This document shows, in pieces, positions 1 through 12,937 of a stretch of 63,573 nucleotides of DNA. The notes under the pieces were generated by a model. The model searched no databases. It was not told the origin of the DNA and saw only the letters and a program-made list of their open reading frames with translations. The position numbers were made by a program, and so were the translations under genes. The DNA comes from Chara braunii (lineage: Eukaryota > Plantae > Charophyceae), in NCBI GenBank assembly GCA_003427395.1, contig BFEA01000036.1, positions 869,024 to 932,596 on the forward strand, in the 5' to 3' direction. Each line of letters opens with the position of its first letter. Position 1 is the stretch's first letter.

Positions 1-15
1 AGAGGGCGAGAGGGC

Positions 16-50
<35 letters not shown>

Positions 51-822
51 TAGAAGTCACAAATACATGAGGTGTTGGAATGTAATTCGGAGAGTGTGAT
101 GGCACTGAATTACAGTCTCGTCACTGAAGAGAGAACTCTCAGTTAACGAATGCATTAGGGGTTGTCCATTTTGGGATCATTGCATATTGATTGTATTTCT
201 ATTATCAACAATCGGAGTGCTGATTGTATTTCTATTATCAACAATCGAAGTGCTCTTTCCTTCGTATTGAAGGTGTAGAGTGCTCTGTGGGGACGAAAGG
301 CGTGTGTTCTACCATTGAACTCGTGTCTGAGTGGATGAGAGGAGGCCATTGCCTATTACGTGAAGAGCTTTCATGGGAGTAGTTTCCAACTGTGGGTGCG
401 CTGGTTATAACATTCAGAGAAAAAATGATCCGGAATTGTCTGAAGAACCCGTTTACCTGCTGCTGTCTCTCGGTTGGTCATTATTTTGTCCTGGATAGTT
501 TTGACAGACTAAAAATTTTCGTATTTCTTGCGTCTGAGAAGTCAGCGAAACATTTTCTTGAGAGGGGCATTCTGCTTGCTCCAGGGGTGGAGGTGACATA
601 TTTTGGCACCTGTTAAAAGTACATGACCCCCCTTTCCAGCGAGAACAGACCGGATGACATTTGTTTATCAACTGGTCATTTTGGCCGTCTGATGAGTTCC
701 TCAGTCGATCGTACGCCTATCATGTGGGTCAAAGTGTATGAGGGAAATGTCATTGCAAGGGAAAGTGCTGATCTGTTTTTTTCTTTCAACTCCTATGGCT
801 TGACGTGCTGGTGCGCTGGGGC

Positions 823-927
823 GTGTGTGTGTGTGTGTGTGAGACACACACCCACACACATCCACACACACCCACACACACCCACACACACCCACACACC
901 CACACACCCACACACACACACACACAG

Positions 928-966
<39 letters not shown>

Positions 967-1020
967 GCTTCCGCGCACAAGTGGAGAGGAGAGATTAGCT
1001 GTGATCCGGCTTATGTGTGT

Positions 1021-1077
<57 letters not shown>

Positions 1078-1112
1078 NNNNNNNNNNNNNNNNNNNNNNN
1101 NNNNNNNNNNNN

Positions 1113-1155
<43 letters not shown>

Positions 1156-1230
1156 TTCCGCGCGCAAGGGGAGAGGAGAGATTAGCTGTGATCCGGCTTA
1201 TGTGTGTGTTTTGAGAGAGAGAGAGAGAGA
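823..1230. repeat. Compound (GT/CA/GA)n microsatellites with a duplicated ~60-bp spacer across an N gap
   Basis: GCTTCCGCGC(A/G)CAAG...GAGATTAGCTGTGATCCGGCTTATGTGTG at about 965 and 1153. Confidence 0.85.
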
Positions 1231-2189
1231 GGATGTGGAGAGAGAGAGGATGTGAAGTGTGTTCGAATGCTGTTGTGTCGAGGCGATCAATTGGGAAATG
1301 GAAAATCGGGGATGTATGTCTTCCCGGGCAGTCAGGACAATCACAATCTGCTAAGGTGTTGGAGGCTCTCCTGGCTCTGGTTGAGTGGGAAAAAACGTAC
1401 GCGGGATGAATGGCGTCTGTTTTGCAGCTGTCAGCGATTCAAGGGGCACGAATCGATGATGCTGATAGTCTCTCCATGACGATGATGATGATGGTGTCGA
1501 TCATACGGATTTTCGTATCTGCGATCGGATGACGATGATGGTGCTCTGAAGTTTTTTTAGAGCTGTAATTAGATGACGATGATGAATGATGGTGCCGACG
1601 GAGGCGATATGGACAGACAACGGCAGTGATGATGATTGGATGCAGGCAATGATGATTGGATGCAGGCGAGGATGATAATGACCGGACCCGAAGTGGATGA
1701 TCAAAGCGGAAAACGAAACCAAAAAAAATAGAAGGAAAACGAAAGAAGTTCTTCGGGACATCGGCATAAAAAAAAGGAAAAAGAACGACACAGAGAAGAT
1801 CAGCATGGCGGAAAGGCGATAAGGGCCTCGCTTCACCAATCGTCCCAACGCACGAAAGACAAAAATTACGGCGGTGTATCTATGGGTGTTTTACCGGAAG
1901 ATTCATTGTCATTTTGTACATTTGATGAGTGATGGAGTGAGGCTGTAAGAGGCGGATGACGAGGATGATTGCGATGGAGCGAGGAGGACCATTTCCATGA
2001 TTGGATGGGTGGGCGATGATGGGGGAAAAGAGGATGACAAGGATGGAAGTCCACCGCGAAAGAATAAATAAATATGTGGTCCTGCGACGCCATCATCGAA
2101 ATACAATGCATGTGGTCAAGTTGTTCGCCATGAACTGGTGAAATAAAGACCGAAGCTGAAATCAACAGATGAACAGAAAATACAGTAAT

Positions 2190-2260
2190 TCTGAATTACC
2201 TGCGGCGGTCAGTTCAATGATGATATCTCAAAGCCATCGCCCTAAAAAAGAAAAAAAAAA
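2190..2260 (+). mobile_element. SINE family 2, 5'-truncated (tail only)
   Basis: TCTGAATTACCTG..GGTCAG..GATGATATCTCAAAGCCATCGCCCT plus an A tail; short TSD AGTAAT. Confidence 0.75.
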
Positions 2261-2413
2261 GTAATAGTCTCGGCTTACGAAAAATAACGGATTGGGCTCT
2301 GGAAAAATTGACTATGATGGTGACGGACGATGACGCGGGGTGGTTCTATGAGGATGATGATCCCGTGGGTGCGGTCAGTGAATGAAAAGATAAATGGGAA
2401 AATAGTTTTTTTC

Positions 2414-2708
2414 CTAGGCTACCAGCCGAGCCGCCCGGGTCACCCTATTTTCCCGGGCGGCCCGGCCGTGCAGGGACCAGGGAAGGTCCTAGCCAAAAAA
2501 ACGAAAAAAAGAGCAATCCAAAAAATCCGAAAAAAAACTATGTTATGCAGAAAAATAAACTGAACAACTTTTGCCTAAGGGTCACATCGAAATTCTTTAC
2601 GAAATTTAAAATAAAATTTTAAATTAAAAAAGTAATTTTTAGTTTTTATTTTTTGATATCTTTTTGGCCCGGCCGGGCAAGTGGACCCGGGCCACTCTGG
2701 TAGCCTAG
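2414..2708 (+). mobile_element. MITE with TIR CTAGGCTACCAG and an 8-bp TSD (hAT- or P-like)
   Basis: CTAGGCTACCAG...CTGGTAGCCTAG flanked by TTTTTTTC on both sides. Confidence 0.88.
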
Positions 2709-2870
2709 TTTTTTTCCCATTTATTAAGTATTTGTAGTGGAGAAGTATTCCAAGAAAAGAGACGAGATAGTTTTTCCATTTCTCAGTTTTAGGGGGAAAA
2801 GGATTCCATGCGATGGAATTGCGCGCGTGGGGGGTTTGATAGGGTTTGATCTGAGGGGTTTTAAATGATC

Positions 2871-3005
2871 GGTACACCCGTGGACTGTTGAAATACAGAT
2901 GTGAGCTCGTATTTGAATGCAATCGGATTTTTTTGGAGTGATATAACTCTGAATTTACCTGGAACCGGCCAAGGCCAAAGATGATATGTCAAGGCTGTCT
3001 CCCTT

Positions 3006-3043
<38 letters not shown>
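2871..3043 (+). mobile_element. SINE family 2 copy with a long poly(A)
   Basis: GGTACACCC..GGACTGTTGAAATACAGA head remnant, the shared tail, and poly(A) at 3010-3043. Confidence 0.75.
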
Positions 3044-3047
<4 letters not shown>

Positions 3048-3711
3048 AAGAAGCTCCTGGTCATAGCGATAGGGTGTGGGATGCGTTTCCGTTGTAGTAT
3101 CCAGGAGTATGGTGGAGTGAGATGGCAGGTATGGTCTTTTTTGTTTTGTTTTTGTTTTGTTTTGTTTCCTAATGGGGGGTGTGACTCAGCAGGCAGGTTG
3201 AGTGAGATGGTTGAACGTGTACGATTTGATTTCTACCGTAGTTGAACGTGTACGATTCGACCTTTCCCTTATACCTCCGCACATCACCGAATCAAAAAAG
3301 TCACGTAACGTGATCTGCTCTCGATGAACGGGTACAATTCGGCTTTTACCTTATACCTCCTGCTAAGAAGGCAAATATCACGAGTATGCTGAAGATGATT
3401 GCCGTGGCTGGGATAAGCCCTTTTTTTTTTTTTTTCACCTCGATAAGACAATTTTTGAATCTTCGATTCTGTTCTNGGGATAGGAGTTTGTCGTTTTGGA
3501 TAAGACTAATTTGAATTGTCGATTTTTGTTTACCTTCCCCCCCTCCTTCCTCCCTTTGTTAATTTGTGTTTTTTTTGGAAGTGGCTGCGCCCGGTGTTCT
3601 GTTACTTTGTTGTGATGGATTTGAAAGGTTAAAGGTTCAAAAAACCGAAACGAACGTGTTTTATGTTATGTACTCCGTACTAACAGGGTTATGAATTTCG
3701 CTTGCTCGCAG

Positions 3712-3799
3712 ATCCTCCCCTCGTTGGGTTTCCTAGCTCAGACCGGGACGTCGACATTGTCTGATCAATCTGTGGAGAATATATCAGGATATTATAGAG
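3712..3799 (+). CDS. TUL1: TUL1/FLY1-like transmembrane E3 ligase, early coding exon (ILPSLG...NISGYYR/G); the start-codon exon was not identified
   Basis: Acceptor ttgctcgcAG precedes 3712. NISGYYRG resembles the NITGTYRG motif I recall from Arabidopsis FLY1. The phase-1 end joins 11748 to give G-T-W. The donor (gtccag) is weak. Confidence 0.7.
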
Positions 3800-3891
3800 G
3801 TCCAGTATCTCTCCGCTCTCTCACTCCCTCGTTGGGGCTTCTGATAAAATCGGCTCCTCTTTCTCATATAGAGAGGATAGTTGTGCTTCGC

Positions 3892-3940
<49 letters not shown>

Positions 3941-4236
3941 ACATCCAAATTCGAATGTCAAATTGTTTATTTGTTTCTCCTCTCGCCACCCCGTCTCCAC
4001 CACAATGCTTTTCTCTTTTTCCTGGTCCTTGTTGCCCATGCAAAGTTAGCGCTGAGTCTTTTGATTTGGCATTTGGTTCGGTTTTCAAATTGAAGAGGGA
4101 TGATTCAGGTCCTGGAAGTGTTGTATTTGTTGGTGTTACCTTTCTGTTGGTATTGGAAGGAATACATTCTTTTAAGGGATGCTTGTGGTGGTTTCCGTGC
4201 TTACAGTGAGGACGTCGGTTCACATCAGCAGGAAAA

Positions 4237-4270
<34 letters not shown>

Positions 4271-5987
4271 GGGGGGGAGCGTATCGGCGGAAGTGCAGTA
4301 CCAGATTGTGTTGGGGAAAAGTGTCGAACGTAGTGCGGCTGTCCATGTTAATCGTTTTTATGGCATTGGTTGAATCACTTGAATGTAATTTAAGTGAACT
4401 GAACTCGATTTAATGAATGATATTAAATAATTAATAATGTAACTTGATGTGCTAGCTCGACGATAGTAGCAATGGGTTAAACTTCCCTTGCATCCCACGG
4501 AAGGACTTTTGAGTGCCCCGTCCGTCTCGCTCTGTGCGCCAGGAATGTTGGAGGGAGGTTTCCCCCCCCCCAAAAAAATGAAGGGCCTCTGAGGGCTTGC
4601 TTCCTCATTATGCAAAGTTGAGGAAACAAAGGGAGGCCGGGAATACCTCAAATAACAACCCGGAAGAAGAAAAAGATGCTGTTGAAAGATACTGGGGGCA
4701 ACAGCGACAAATCTGTTTGGCCAAACAATTTCTGGTCCATTCACACAGCCCAGCTCAGAATGGTGTTGGGAGCAGTATGACTACCGGTAGGAACAGAAAT
4801 GGCCAACACACAGACAGCTGTCCTGTCTTGTCCACAACCCTGAAAGTGACTACAAGGCCCGAAAAAGCCAAACAATCCAAAACTACCATCCCTATCAAAA
4901 TTACACCTTCACGGCCGAGAAAGCACCACAACCCAGCAAATGAAAGGAAAAAAAATCCGCCTTTCCTACATAATTCATCTACAAGGCACAGGATACCCAA
5001 AGCACTACAAGGAAAAAAAAAGATTGGTCTAAAGAGGTCGGCTTCGAAAACACGCACTGGGAAAACTCAGTTCTAAGCTTCTTAACTACCGTCTAAAACC
5101 ACCTGTTAAACTACAAGAATACACAGAATTCACCAAAAGCGGTGGTAGTCTCAGCATGAGACTTCTACTGTTCGCCTACACACTCCCTCCGCCTCTTGTA
5201 CCTCTGCCTGTCTACTGAGACCGATCAGCAACTGAGTGTGTAGGTTGAATCTACTGGTCTACCGTTTAAGTAACCAATCTTTTTCAAGCACAGACTCTCG
5301 TTTTCCACAGAGGCGAGAGTACCTCGAAAGCACCAGGTTTCCCTAAACCATTGCAACCCACTCAGCCTGTCATGATTTTTTTTCCGGAGGGAGGTTTGTC
5401 ATGATTTAGGTATCTAAAGGGCTGTATACCTAAAAGAAAAGAAAAGAAAAGAAAAGAAAACAGGCTTAAATTCTCACAGAAAAAAGAAAAAGAAAAAGAA
5501 AAGCGTTGATGCGATGTCTTTGTCTCTGTTTCCGGGTTTCGTTCAGTGAACCCTAAGATAGTGTCGCTGAAGATATGTTTTCCGTTCCGCTCCGCTTGAT
5601 GGTGAATGTCATCACTGCCCCCTAGCTTTCTTAAGTGGTTTCTATCTCTGCCTTTCTGGAGGAGCCTTTTTCTTTTCTTTTTTCTTTTTCTTTTTCTTTG
5701 TCTTTGTCTTTGTGTGCCTTTAACTTTTTTCTCCAGTTTGCATCCTGTGCTTTATGAAACTAGAGGCCAAGGACAGAATGCATTCGTTTATGGGCTTTGC
5801 TGGAGATGTCACCGAATTTGTGGAAATTGCGCGTGCATCTCCTTCAAGGTGGCAAGATACACCCTTCAGCTTCTTGTCGTTCTCGCATTTGGGCAGTGCC
5901 GTGCCGGAGGGAGGCCTTATTTCTTGCCCTCTAACAGATCTCCAGCACTCTCTCTCTCTCACTTCTCGCGTAGGGCATTTGCACACT

Positions 5988-6535
5988 GGGACTCTTTTCT
6001 GGATGCTTTTGACTTCCACACAGATGTCTACAATGAACCAACCACAATCGTCATGTTAGACAATCAAAACGGCATACGCATCTTCAGCTCTAAATCAATT
6101 TCCTCGAAAGAAGGTGGAGTATGCCTTTGTCCCTTACAGTGTCTTGACCCCCTGCACTCTCTGTCAGTTCTCGTTTAGGGGTCTTTACAATCGTCATGTT
6201 AGAGAATCAAATGAATCAATTACAATCGTCATGTTAGAGAATCAAAACGACATAGGCAACGTACTCGGGCTCTAAATCAATTTTCTCAAAAGCAGCTGGA
6301 GTATGCCTCTGTCTCTCACGGTGTCTTGCCCTCCTGCACTCTCTCTCATCTCTCGTTTAGGGGTCTTCGTGCACAGTAGCACTCTTTTCTGGATGCTGCT
6401 GACTTCCACACATATGCGTGCAATGAATCAATTACGGTCGTCATGTCAGAGATTTAAAATGACATAGGCAACGTACTCTAGGTCTTAAATCAAATTTTTC
6501 CTCAAAAGCAGGTGGAGTATGCTTTTGTCCCTCAT
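5988..6535 (+). repeat. About three diverged tandem units of roughly 190 bp
   Basis: Recurrent TCGTCATGT(T/C)AGA, TAAATCAA and GGAGTATGC blocks. Confidence 0.8.
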
Positions 6536-6791
6536 GGTCAACTACAGTCGAAAGTGTCCTATGGAGTATGCCTGGAGCTGTCCACTCCTGAGGGCCGGCC
6601 TTTCCTGCTGCTACTTTTCATATACAGCTTTTCCGCCGTTTCTTTATTGAAAAACAAAAAAAAAAGGATTTTGAAGGCTCCAAAAAAAAACAATAAAGGC
6701 CATGACCACTTGGCCAGCTCCCCTCCCCCCCCCTCCCCCCCTTAGTATCACAGCCGATACCCCCTTTTCTTTTTCCGAGTAAAGAATCAGA

Positions 6792-6885
6792 ACCATTTTT
6801 TCTCGATTTATGCGTGTCATCCTTGTTCAGGGGCCATGCAAATCTTCTGCGTATCCTTCCAATTTTAGCGGATGCTGCGAAGGAC
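6792..6885 (-). pseudogene. U6: U6 snRNA retrocopy, near full length, diverged
   Basis: Reverse complement reads GTCCTTCG..CATCCGCTAAAATTGGAAGGATACGCAGAAGATTTGCATGGCCCCTGAACAAGGATGACACGCATAAATCGAGAAA..TGGT. There is a possible decayed TSD (cgataccc(c)cttttc / cgataccacttttc). Confidence 0.88.
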
Positions 6886-7450
6886 GATACCACTTTTCCA
6901 TTGTTTTCACACTACTTCGAACTCCTAGCCAGGTTCCCCCCCCCTTACTATCTATGAGCTGATTCTCCCCGTTACTATCTATGGGCTGATTCTCGTCACT
7001 ATCAATTTCCAATCAGCTCATAGATAGTAACGGGGGGAAACCTGGGCCTCCGAACTACTACTTCGAACTCCTAGAGCTCGAGCTCCTGAAGAAACGCAGG
7101 CTAGCCAGTTCCCCCCCCGTTACTATCTATGAGCTGATTTTTCTCGTCATGTGCTGCGTGGACCTATTGAAGGTGACAGCTGTACTAGTACAACGAGGGC
7201 CTGGGTGGTAGGGGAAAGCCGTGTATTAGACGGGAATACATGGCTCAACGGTTCAATGGTTTACCGACATGTGTGCGTTGGCAGCTGGGCAAGTGGGCCA
7301 GGGTTGAAGTGCAAGCCTGTGAACTGTCTAATGCGTGGCGTGGATTGAAGTGCAAGCATGTAAACTGTCTAGCGCGCAGCCATACGAGTGGAATCAGCTT
7401 TGCCAAGTGCCAGTTTCTGCTGTGGTGATTGTTCTTATTATTACAGCTTG

Positions 7451-7509
7451 ATGTGTGTCATCCTTGCACAGGGGCCATGCTAATCTTCTCTGTATTGTTC
7501 CAATTTTAA
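7451..7509 (-). pseudogene. U6: U6 snRNA internal fragment
   Basis: Reverse complement TTAAAATTGGAACAATACAGAGAAGATTAGCATGGCCCCTGTGCAAGGATGACACACAT. Confidence 0.9.
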
Positions 7510-7736
7510 TGCTTTGGGCATTTAGCTTTGAATTTCCTGGCCGCAATTTTGGTGCTTTTTGAACCGAAATCGTCAGCCCTTACAAAGGTTCCTGCCAGTA
7601 GGGCCTGATGATTTCGGCTAAAAAAATGCCGAAATTGTATTCGAGAGGAAAGGTGTCAGCAGTCTCAGCAGTTTGGGACTGCTTTGTTGAAGTGCGGATG
7701 GAACGTACAGCAACTGTCTGGTGCAGTGAGTCTTAA

Positions 7737-7887
7737 ACCGCCAGTACACGGCCCCAGCCTTGCCGAAAAGAAAACTCGTTGCCTACCAACTTTTGAAGGC
7801 CCAGTGCCGTAGATAAATAGAATCGGCGGCGGGCGGCGGGCGGCCTCCGAAAAGGGCCTGCGGCCGATAGCTGGATGTACTGGTGGT
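7737..7887. mobile_element. TTAA-flanked TIR element (151 bp)
   Basis: TTAA|ACCGCCAGTACA...TGTACTGGTGGT|TTAA. Confidence 0.8.
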
Positions 7888-10800
7888 TTAAACTGCAGGC
7901 ATGTGCTGACTTGAGTCAAGTAATAGGAATCATATTTTCTCATTTTCAACGTTGTCCACTGGCGCTCTGTTCTTCCCCTTGCCCCTGTGTCCTGTCCCCA
8001 GCCCCTCCACGGCCCTTCCCCGGTCCCCAAACCTTGTTTGCATGGTGCCAACATCTCCGAGCATTGAGGAAGAAGATCAACGGCAGCCAGAGGGAGAAGA
8101 AGGGCAGTGGGACGATAGCCTATCGAGAAGGGTTGAAGGGGGAGGGAAAGGAAATTGGAAAAGAAAAAGAAACAAAAGGAATTGAAGGTGTCGAACTGGG
8201 CGAAGAGAAATGGAAAACTGAAATCTGTTTGCACCTGCGAGACGGCTGAATGGCATTTGTCTTCCAAGGTGTTTTGAAAGCGGCAAGCCAATGTCGAATG
8301 CTCTTCGGACGAGTTGCAGAGTATCGGTCGGTCCTGTGTGACAAGCCCAGCCAAGCGCTGCCAGGATCATCCAGTCAACCCTGGGGCAAGCTGTTGTTAT
8401 CCGGGTCTTCATTTCTGACCGTAGATACAACGGCTGATGACCAGGAACGAAGTATCCAGGCACGCGGAACCTTGTACCTCACTCTGTCGGCTGTGAGGTT
8501 CTCAAAATTTGGATGAATATCGAACAGAACTTGAGGGAAACCGCCAAGAAACCTTCAAGAAATTGTGTGGTTTGGTGTTTGGCCGGTTGTATGATGGGGG
8601 GTATGATGGAAAAAAGAAGAAAAAATGATGGGGGGTATGATGGAAAAAAGAAGAAAAAATGATGGGGGGTATGATGAGGGTATGACATGTAGAGTGCCGA
8701 TGTCAGGGCACATTTTCTCATTCATCAACCCCCTGCCCCGTTCGCCCCTACCCCTACTCCCACACCCTTCTTCCCTTCCCTTCCTCCCCCCCTCTCCTCT
8801 TTTTTTTTTTTTGAAAATTTTATGGAAGTAATCTCCTTTTTCTTTTGGTTGTGGGTCCCTCCCTGACCGCGGGGGAGCATGCAGAAATTGCGTTCGGTCG
8901 GCCCTCGGCTTTAACGGCAGAGCTGTCTGGATTTTTATTCTGTGCTGATGGATGCTGGTCGGAGATGTACAAACACGTTTTCATATTTGACAATTTGAAC
9001 GGGGGGCTACACTCTCTCGACCTTATTTGGGAATTCAAATAAAGATGTGCTAAATTGTAGTTATTGAACAGACTTAAAGAAACCTTTTACCTTTGCTGTT
9101 GCTCTGCGTCGATCAGACGATAATCTCGTTTCAATTTTCATATTGTGAATTTGCAGAAGGGCATCCTCATGCCAGAGGCAAGGTCTCACTAGCAAAGAGG
9201 AATGAATGAAGCGCCAGAATCTCAGTGTGTTTTATGCAGAGATACAGAAAAGCAGATTGCTCACGATTATATGGACCTGTCCCAAAACACGCCTATGCGC
9301 CTATGCGTTAAGTCAAATCTTCTTTGCTAGTGAGACTGCGCCCTAGAGGTGTATGCTCTCTGAGGATGCTGGACCACAGCGTTGAGGGATGTGGGAAATG
9401 AAGATGTAGCCAGAATGCATCTGTCTGCAACTACGGCGACTATTGGTTTTGCACAAGATGTAGTGGTCTTTTTGCTGTCCAAGTTGTGTGCAGCACAATC
9501 CCTTACGTTTTTTTTCTTCTTTTTTTTCGATTTTTGTTTTTGTTCGTTCTTTTCTATTACGACCTGTTCTGTTCGTCCTGGGGCGAGGCTCCGCTAGCTA
9601 AGAGGGTGAGATTCAACACCTGAATCTGGATGTGTTCCTGGAGAGGAGCAGAAAATCGCGATGATCTACTTCTCTGCATCTCTGCATATAACACATCCGA
9701 ATGCAGGCGCCTAGTCCAATCCTCTCTGCCAGTGGGACCTTGCCTCTGGAGTGGGGTTGCAAAATAGTGTTGTTGTGCCTATTCAATTGGTAGGTACCAT
9801 AGCCATAACTCTGAGATTTGGACACATGCACAGGAGGTCAGGTGCAAACCCTGTGCTTAGAATGTGCAGAATGCGAAAGGCATTAGAGCATTGGGATCTT
9901 TAGAAATCAGGTCACTAAGAAGAGAAAAGGAAGCTCTTTTTTTTTTCACCATCAAGCGAAAGTGTAGTAGAACCAAAGATGCCCACAGCCAGGATTCCAA
10001 GCTTGGGACCCGATCATGCATGGAAGGTCAGGTACAAAGCCTGTGTTTAGAAAGGCATTATGATCGTAGAAATCATGCAAAGTCGCACTCAGAAGGCATA
10101 GAGCACTGGAAAATCTTTAGCAATCAGGTGGACTAAGAAGAGAAAAGGATGCTGTCGTCTTTTCTGTTTTTTTCACCCTCAAGCAAAAGTGCAGTGGAAA
10201 CAAAGATGCAGAGAGCAAGTGCATTGCTGGAGTAACGGCATGCTGAGACTTGGAGCATAGGATATGAATGTGGCTGGATTTTTTGGTCTAGTGGGTTTTA
10301 TTTACTACTAATTTATAACAGTGAGGCTGGAACCTCACAATTACCGGGATGGGCTGGGAGTGTTACCCAGTTTATAGCTTTGGTAAAAGAAGAAACAGCA
10401 TCGGACGGGCTGGGACCTCACAGTGTGGCTGTATTTGTATGCAGGTGTCTCTTCTTTGTTCCCCTTGTAATGTCTTGTTTTTGAAACCATGTGCAGGGTA
10501 CTCCCCTGATTGCTTTCAAAAACATCAGAATATTGCTGGTTTTTTTGTTTTTTTTGTCACGATATTGCTTGGACATGCGCCTGTACAGGGACCCGCTTTT
10601 CACTCTGCATTATTGCTGGCCGGAGAGTGAAGTCTAGCGCTAGTTCGTGAAATCTTCCTAGCGTCTAGAGTATTAAAAGCCACCGTATCTTCCCCTTACC
10701 CCGATGTATACCGGAAGTACTTGGTAAACAGATTTGAGAAATTTGGGAAGCTACGGAAGGCACCAAGTCTCAATGCGAGCGAGTATGCCAAAAGAGAGCA

Positions 10801-11064
10801 GTTAACTAGGTTATTTTTGCAGATCCTTTTGATTTGTTTAGGCAAAATCATTTTTGGCTCACCAAACCCAAAGCATCCCAGTCCGCATATTCTATTTGAC
10901 GATATATATATTTATTTTTAAAGAACGCTGCTCACGATTATTGCAAATGTAAGAGTGAGGCTGGGAATCCCTTTTTTTTCTTTTTCTTTAAAGAACGCTG
11001 CTCATGATTATTGCAAATGTAAGAGTGAGGCTGGGAATCCCTCAACAGGCAAATGTAAGAATGA

Positions 11065-11414
11065 TCCAGTGGCCTAGCTCAGTTGGTTAGGCACAAAAGT
11101 GGCATTCAGGAGGTTGTGGGTTTGAGCCGCATGATCTCCTGTGGTGCACTAGTGGCAACCAACTGTGATAGTCCGCTTGATACCCCTGATCGGTATTAGT
11201 AGGGGCTATGATCAACATGGTGTGAGTGTGAGCGTGAGCGTGAGTGGGTTGTGTGTGGTGTGTGGGAGAGTGTTGGCCATAGCCACTGCTGCTACTCGAT
11301 GGGAGGTGGGGGACGTAGATGGGAGGCACAGTTACTGGCAAAATGCTTGGTCTTTGCATTAACCGGCCCCCCTCACCAGCGGCCCTACCCTTTTTGTTTT
11401 ATTGAAAAAAAAAG
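11065..11414 (+). mobile_element. tRNA-headed SINE, family 1, with an A tail and a 12-bp TSD
   Basis: A box TAGCTCAGTTGG, B-box-like GGTTTGAGCC, A tail, TSD ATGTAAGAATGA at 11053-11064 and 11415-11426. Confidence 0.85.
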
Positions 11415-11682
11415 ATGTAAGAATGAGGCTGGGAATCCCTCAATAAACAGCCTGGAAGAAAAGATACCGGGGCTGGGAATCCCTCAACAATTTACCAGGA
11501 AGAAAAGATACTGGGACCGTTACCCAGCTTCGGTGCAGGCGTTAGGAATACGTCCAGCGACAGAATTGGCCAAAACTAGACCGCTGTCCTGACTTTCCTC
11601 AGCCAGGGTAAAAGAAAATCATAAGGCTACAAAACCGAACAAACCAAAATGTCCGCAGAAAGTCGGATATCCGTACACCATG

Positions 11683-11714
<32 letters not shown>

Positions 11715-11747
11715 CAAATGTTCTGAGAAATGACAATATGGTTGCAG

Positions 11748-11866
11748 GAACATGGGAGCCAAGGGATGGCAACGTATCAGGAACGTCTCAATATGTGGCA
11801 CCCAAGGAGTTCACCATCTTCTTGCGCAGTACTTTGAGCAGGCGGCCGGAGCTCCATATTGTCAGG
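11748..11866 (+). CDS. TUL1: TUL1/FLY1-like exon (G)TWEPRDG...ELHIVR
   Basis: gttgcAG acceptor, GTgcgt donor, phase 1 to phase 0. It corresponds to the GTW...HYVQ segment of plant FLY1. Confidence 0.75.
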
Positions 11867-12819
11867 GTGCGTAGTATTTATTTCTTTGACATGCAACCAA
11901 ATCAAGATTGAAGTTTGCCCTTGTCAGGGGACGAGCTCTAATTTTTGTTGAATCTTTTTGCCAGTTGATTGGGCTTTCTGGAGCCTCTCAAAATAACGAT
12001 GATGTGAACTGCAAGCTTTTCCTGGGTTGTGTTGATGTGTGTGTGTGTGTGTCCGGTAGAGAGGTGGGTGGGTGGGTGTCTGGGTGCCATTTATTATTCG
12101 TGGGATGTTGACTGCTCTTCTGGGTTTCTAGTTGTTCACAGCTTCAGTGAGGGTATCCGGCTTTGGTATGCAACACTGCTTGCATCTGTGAGGTGTCCTT
12201 CGGTTGAGTGCTCTCCCTGAGACGGTCTCTCTCTCGCATTCTCTGAATAACTGAGTTGCTCCCTCCTCTCTTGCCCTTTCTCACTTCCTCTTCCTCTCTT
12301 GTTCCTTTCTCCCTTGTCCCCCTTCTGCCTCGGTCCTGCTCCCTTGTTCACCCGCTCCTTTTTCCCTCTCTCTGGTTATCTCTTTCCCTGACCGTTCCGT
12401 CACTGACTCACTCTCTTACCCACGTAGTTGCTTGCTTGCTCATTCTTGGTGTCTCTCTTTCGTTGTTATGAACCCTGTTTGATCGTATGCAATACTAGAG
12501 ATTAAGATAAGCACATGAGTTGCAAGTCAAGACCAGAGAGTAAGAGAGAGAGGGAAGAGAAGTGAGAGAACATGAAGCAGAAGAAGAGGAACACATGACT
12601 ACTGAAATGTTATTACCATCTCTCCGTCTCGGCACCTCGTCATCATTACCTTCTCTTCTTGCTTCTTTAGGAACCAAAGACGAAGGAATGCACAAATAAT
12701 CTTAGGTATGACGAGTCTACCAACAAGGCTATTAAGTAACTCCCTGCTCCTCAAATCCCATTCCGGTAGCACTACTGTTAATGTGCAAGGAGGCATCTCG
12801 CTACTCAAGCGTGACGCAT

Positions 12820-12937
12820 GGAGGACATCCCAACCTATACTTGTGATGTATGGAGGGCATCCCAACCTATACTCGTGATGTATGGAGGACATCCCAACCT
12901 ATACTTGTGATGTATGGAGGACATCCCAACCTATACT
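12820..12937 (+). repeat. 32-bp tandem repeat, about 3.7 copies
   Basis: GGAGGACATCCCAACCTATACTTGTGATGTAT. Confidence 0.9.

Noticed and set aside
2415-2707. TA or CTAG target duplication for the GGCTACCAG MITE
   Set aside because: Two copies show an 8-bp duplication outside CTAG, so CTAG belongs to the TIR.
3081-3128. Possible first coding exon MRFRCSIQEYGGVRWQ ending CAG|GTATGG
   Set aside because: It is phase-compatible with 3712 but has no signal-peptide character or homology; cDNA is needed.
7875-8516. Protein-like ORFs (also 5754-6059, 15367-15582, 20438-20641)
   Set aside because: No recognisable domain; probably decayed TE sequence.
11065-11135. Genuine tRNA genes here and at 30691, 41275 and 46960
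   Set aside because: A and B boxes are present but there is no intact cloverleaf, and most have tails and TSDs, so they are SINEs.
12820-12937. CRISPR-like 32-bp repeats (also the 29-bp repeats at 19931)
   Set aside because: Head-to-tail with no spacers, in a eukaryotic context.
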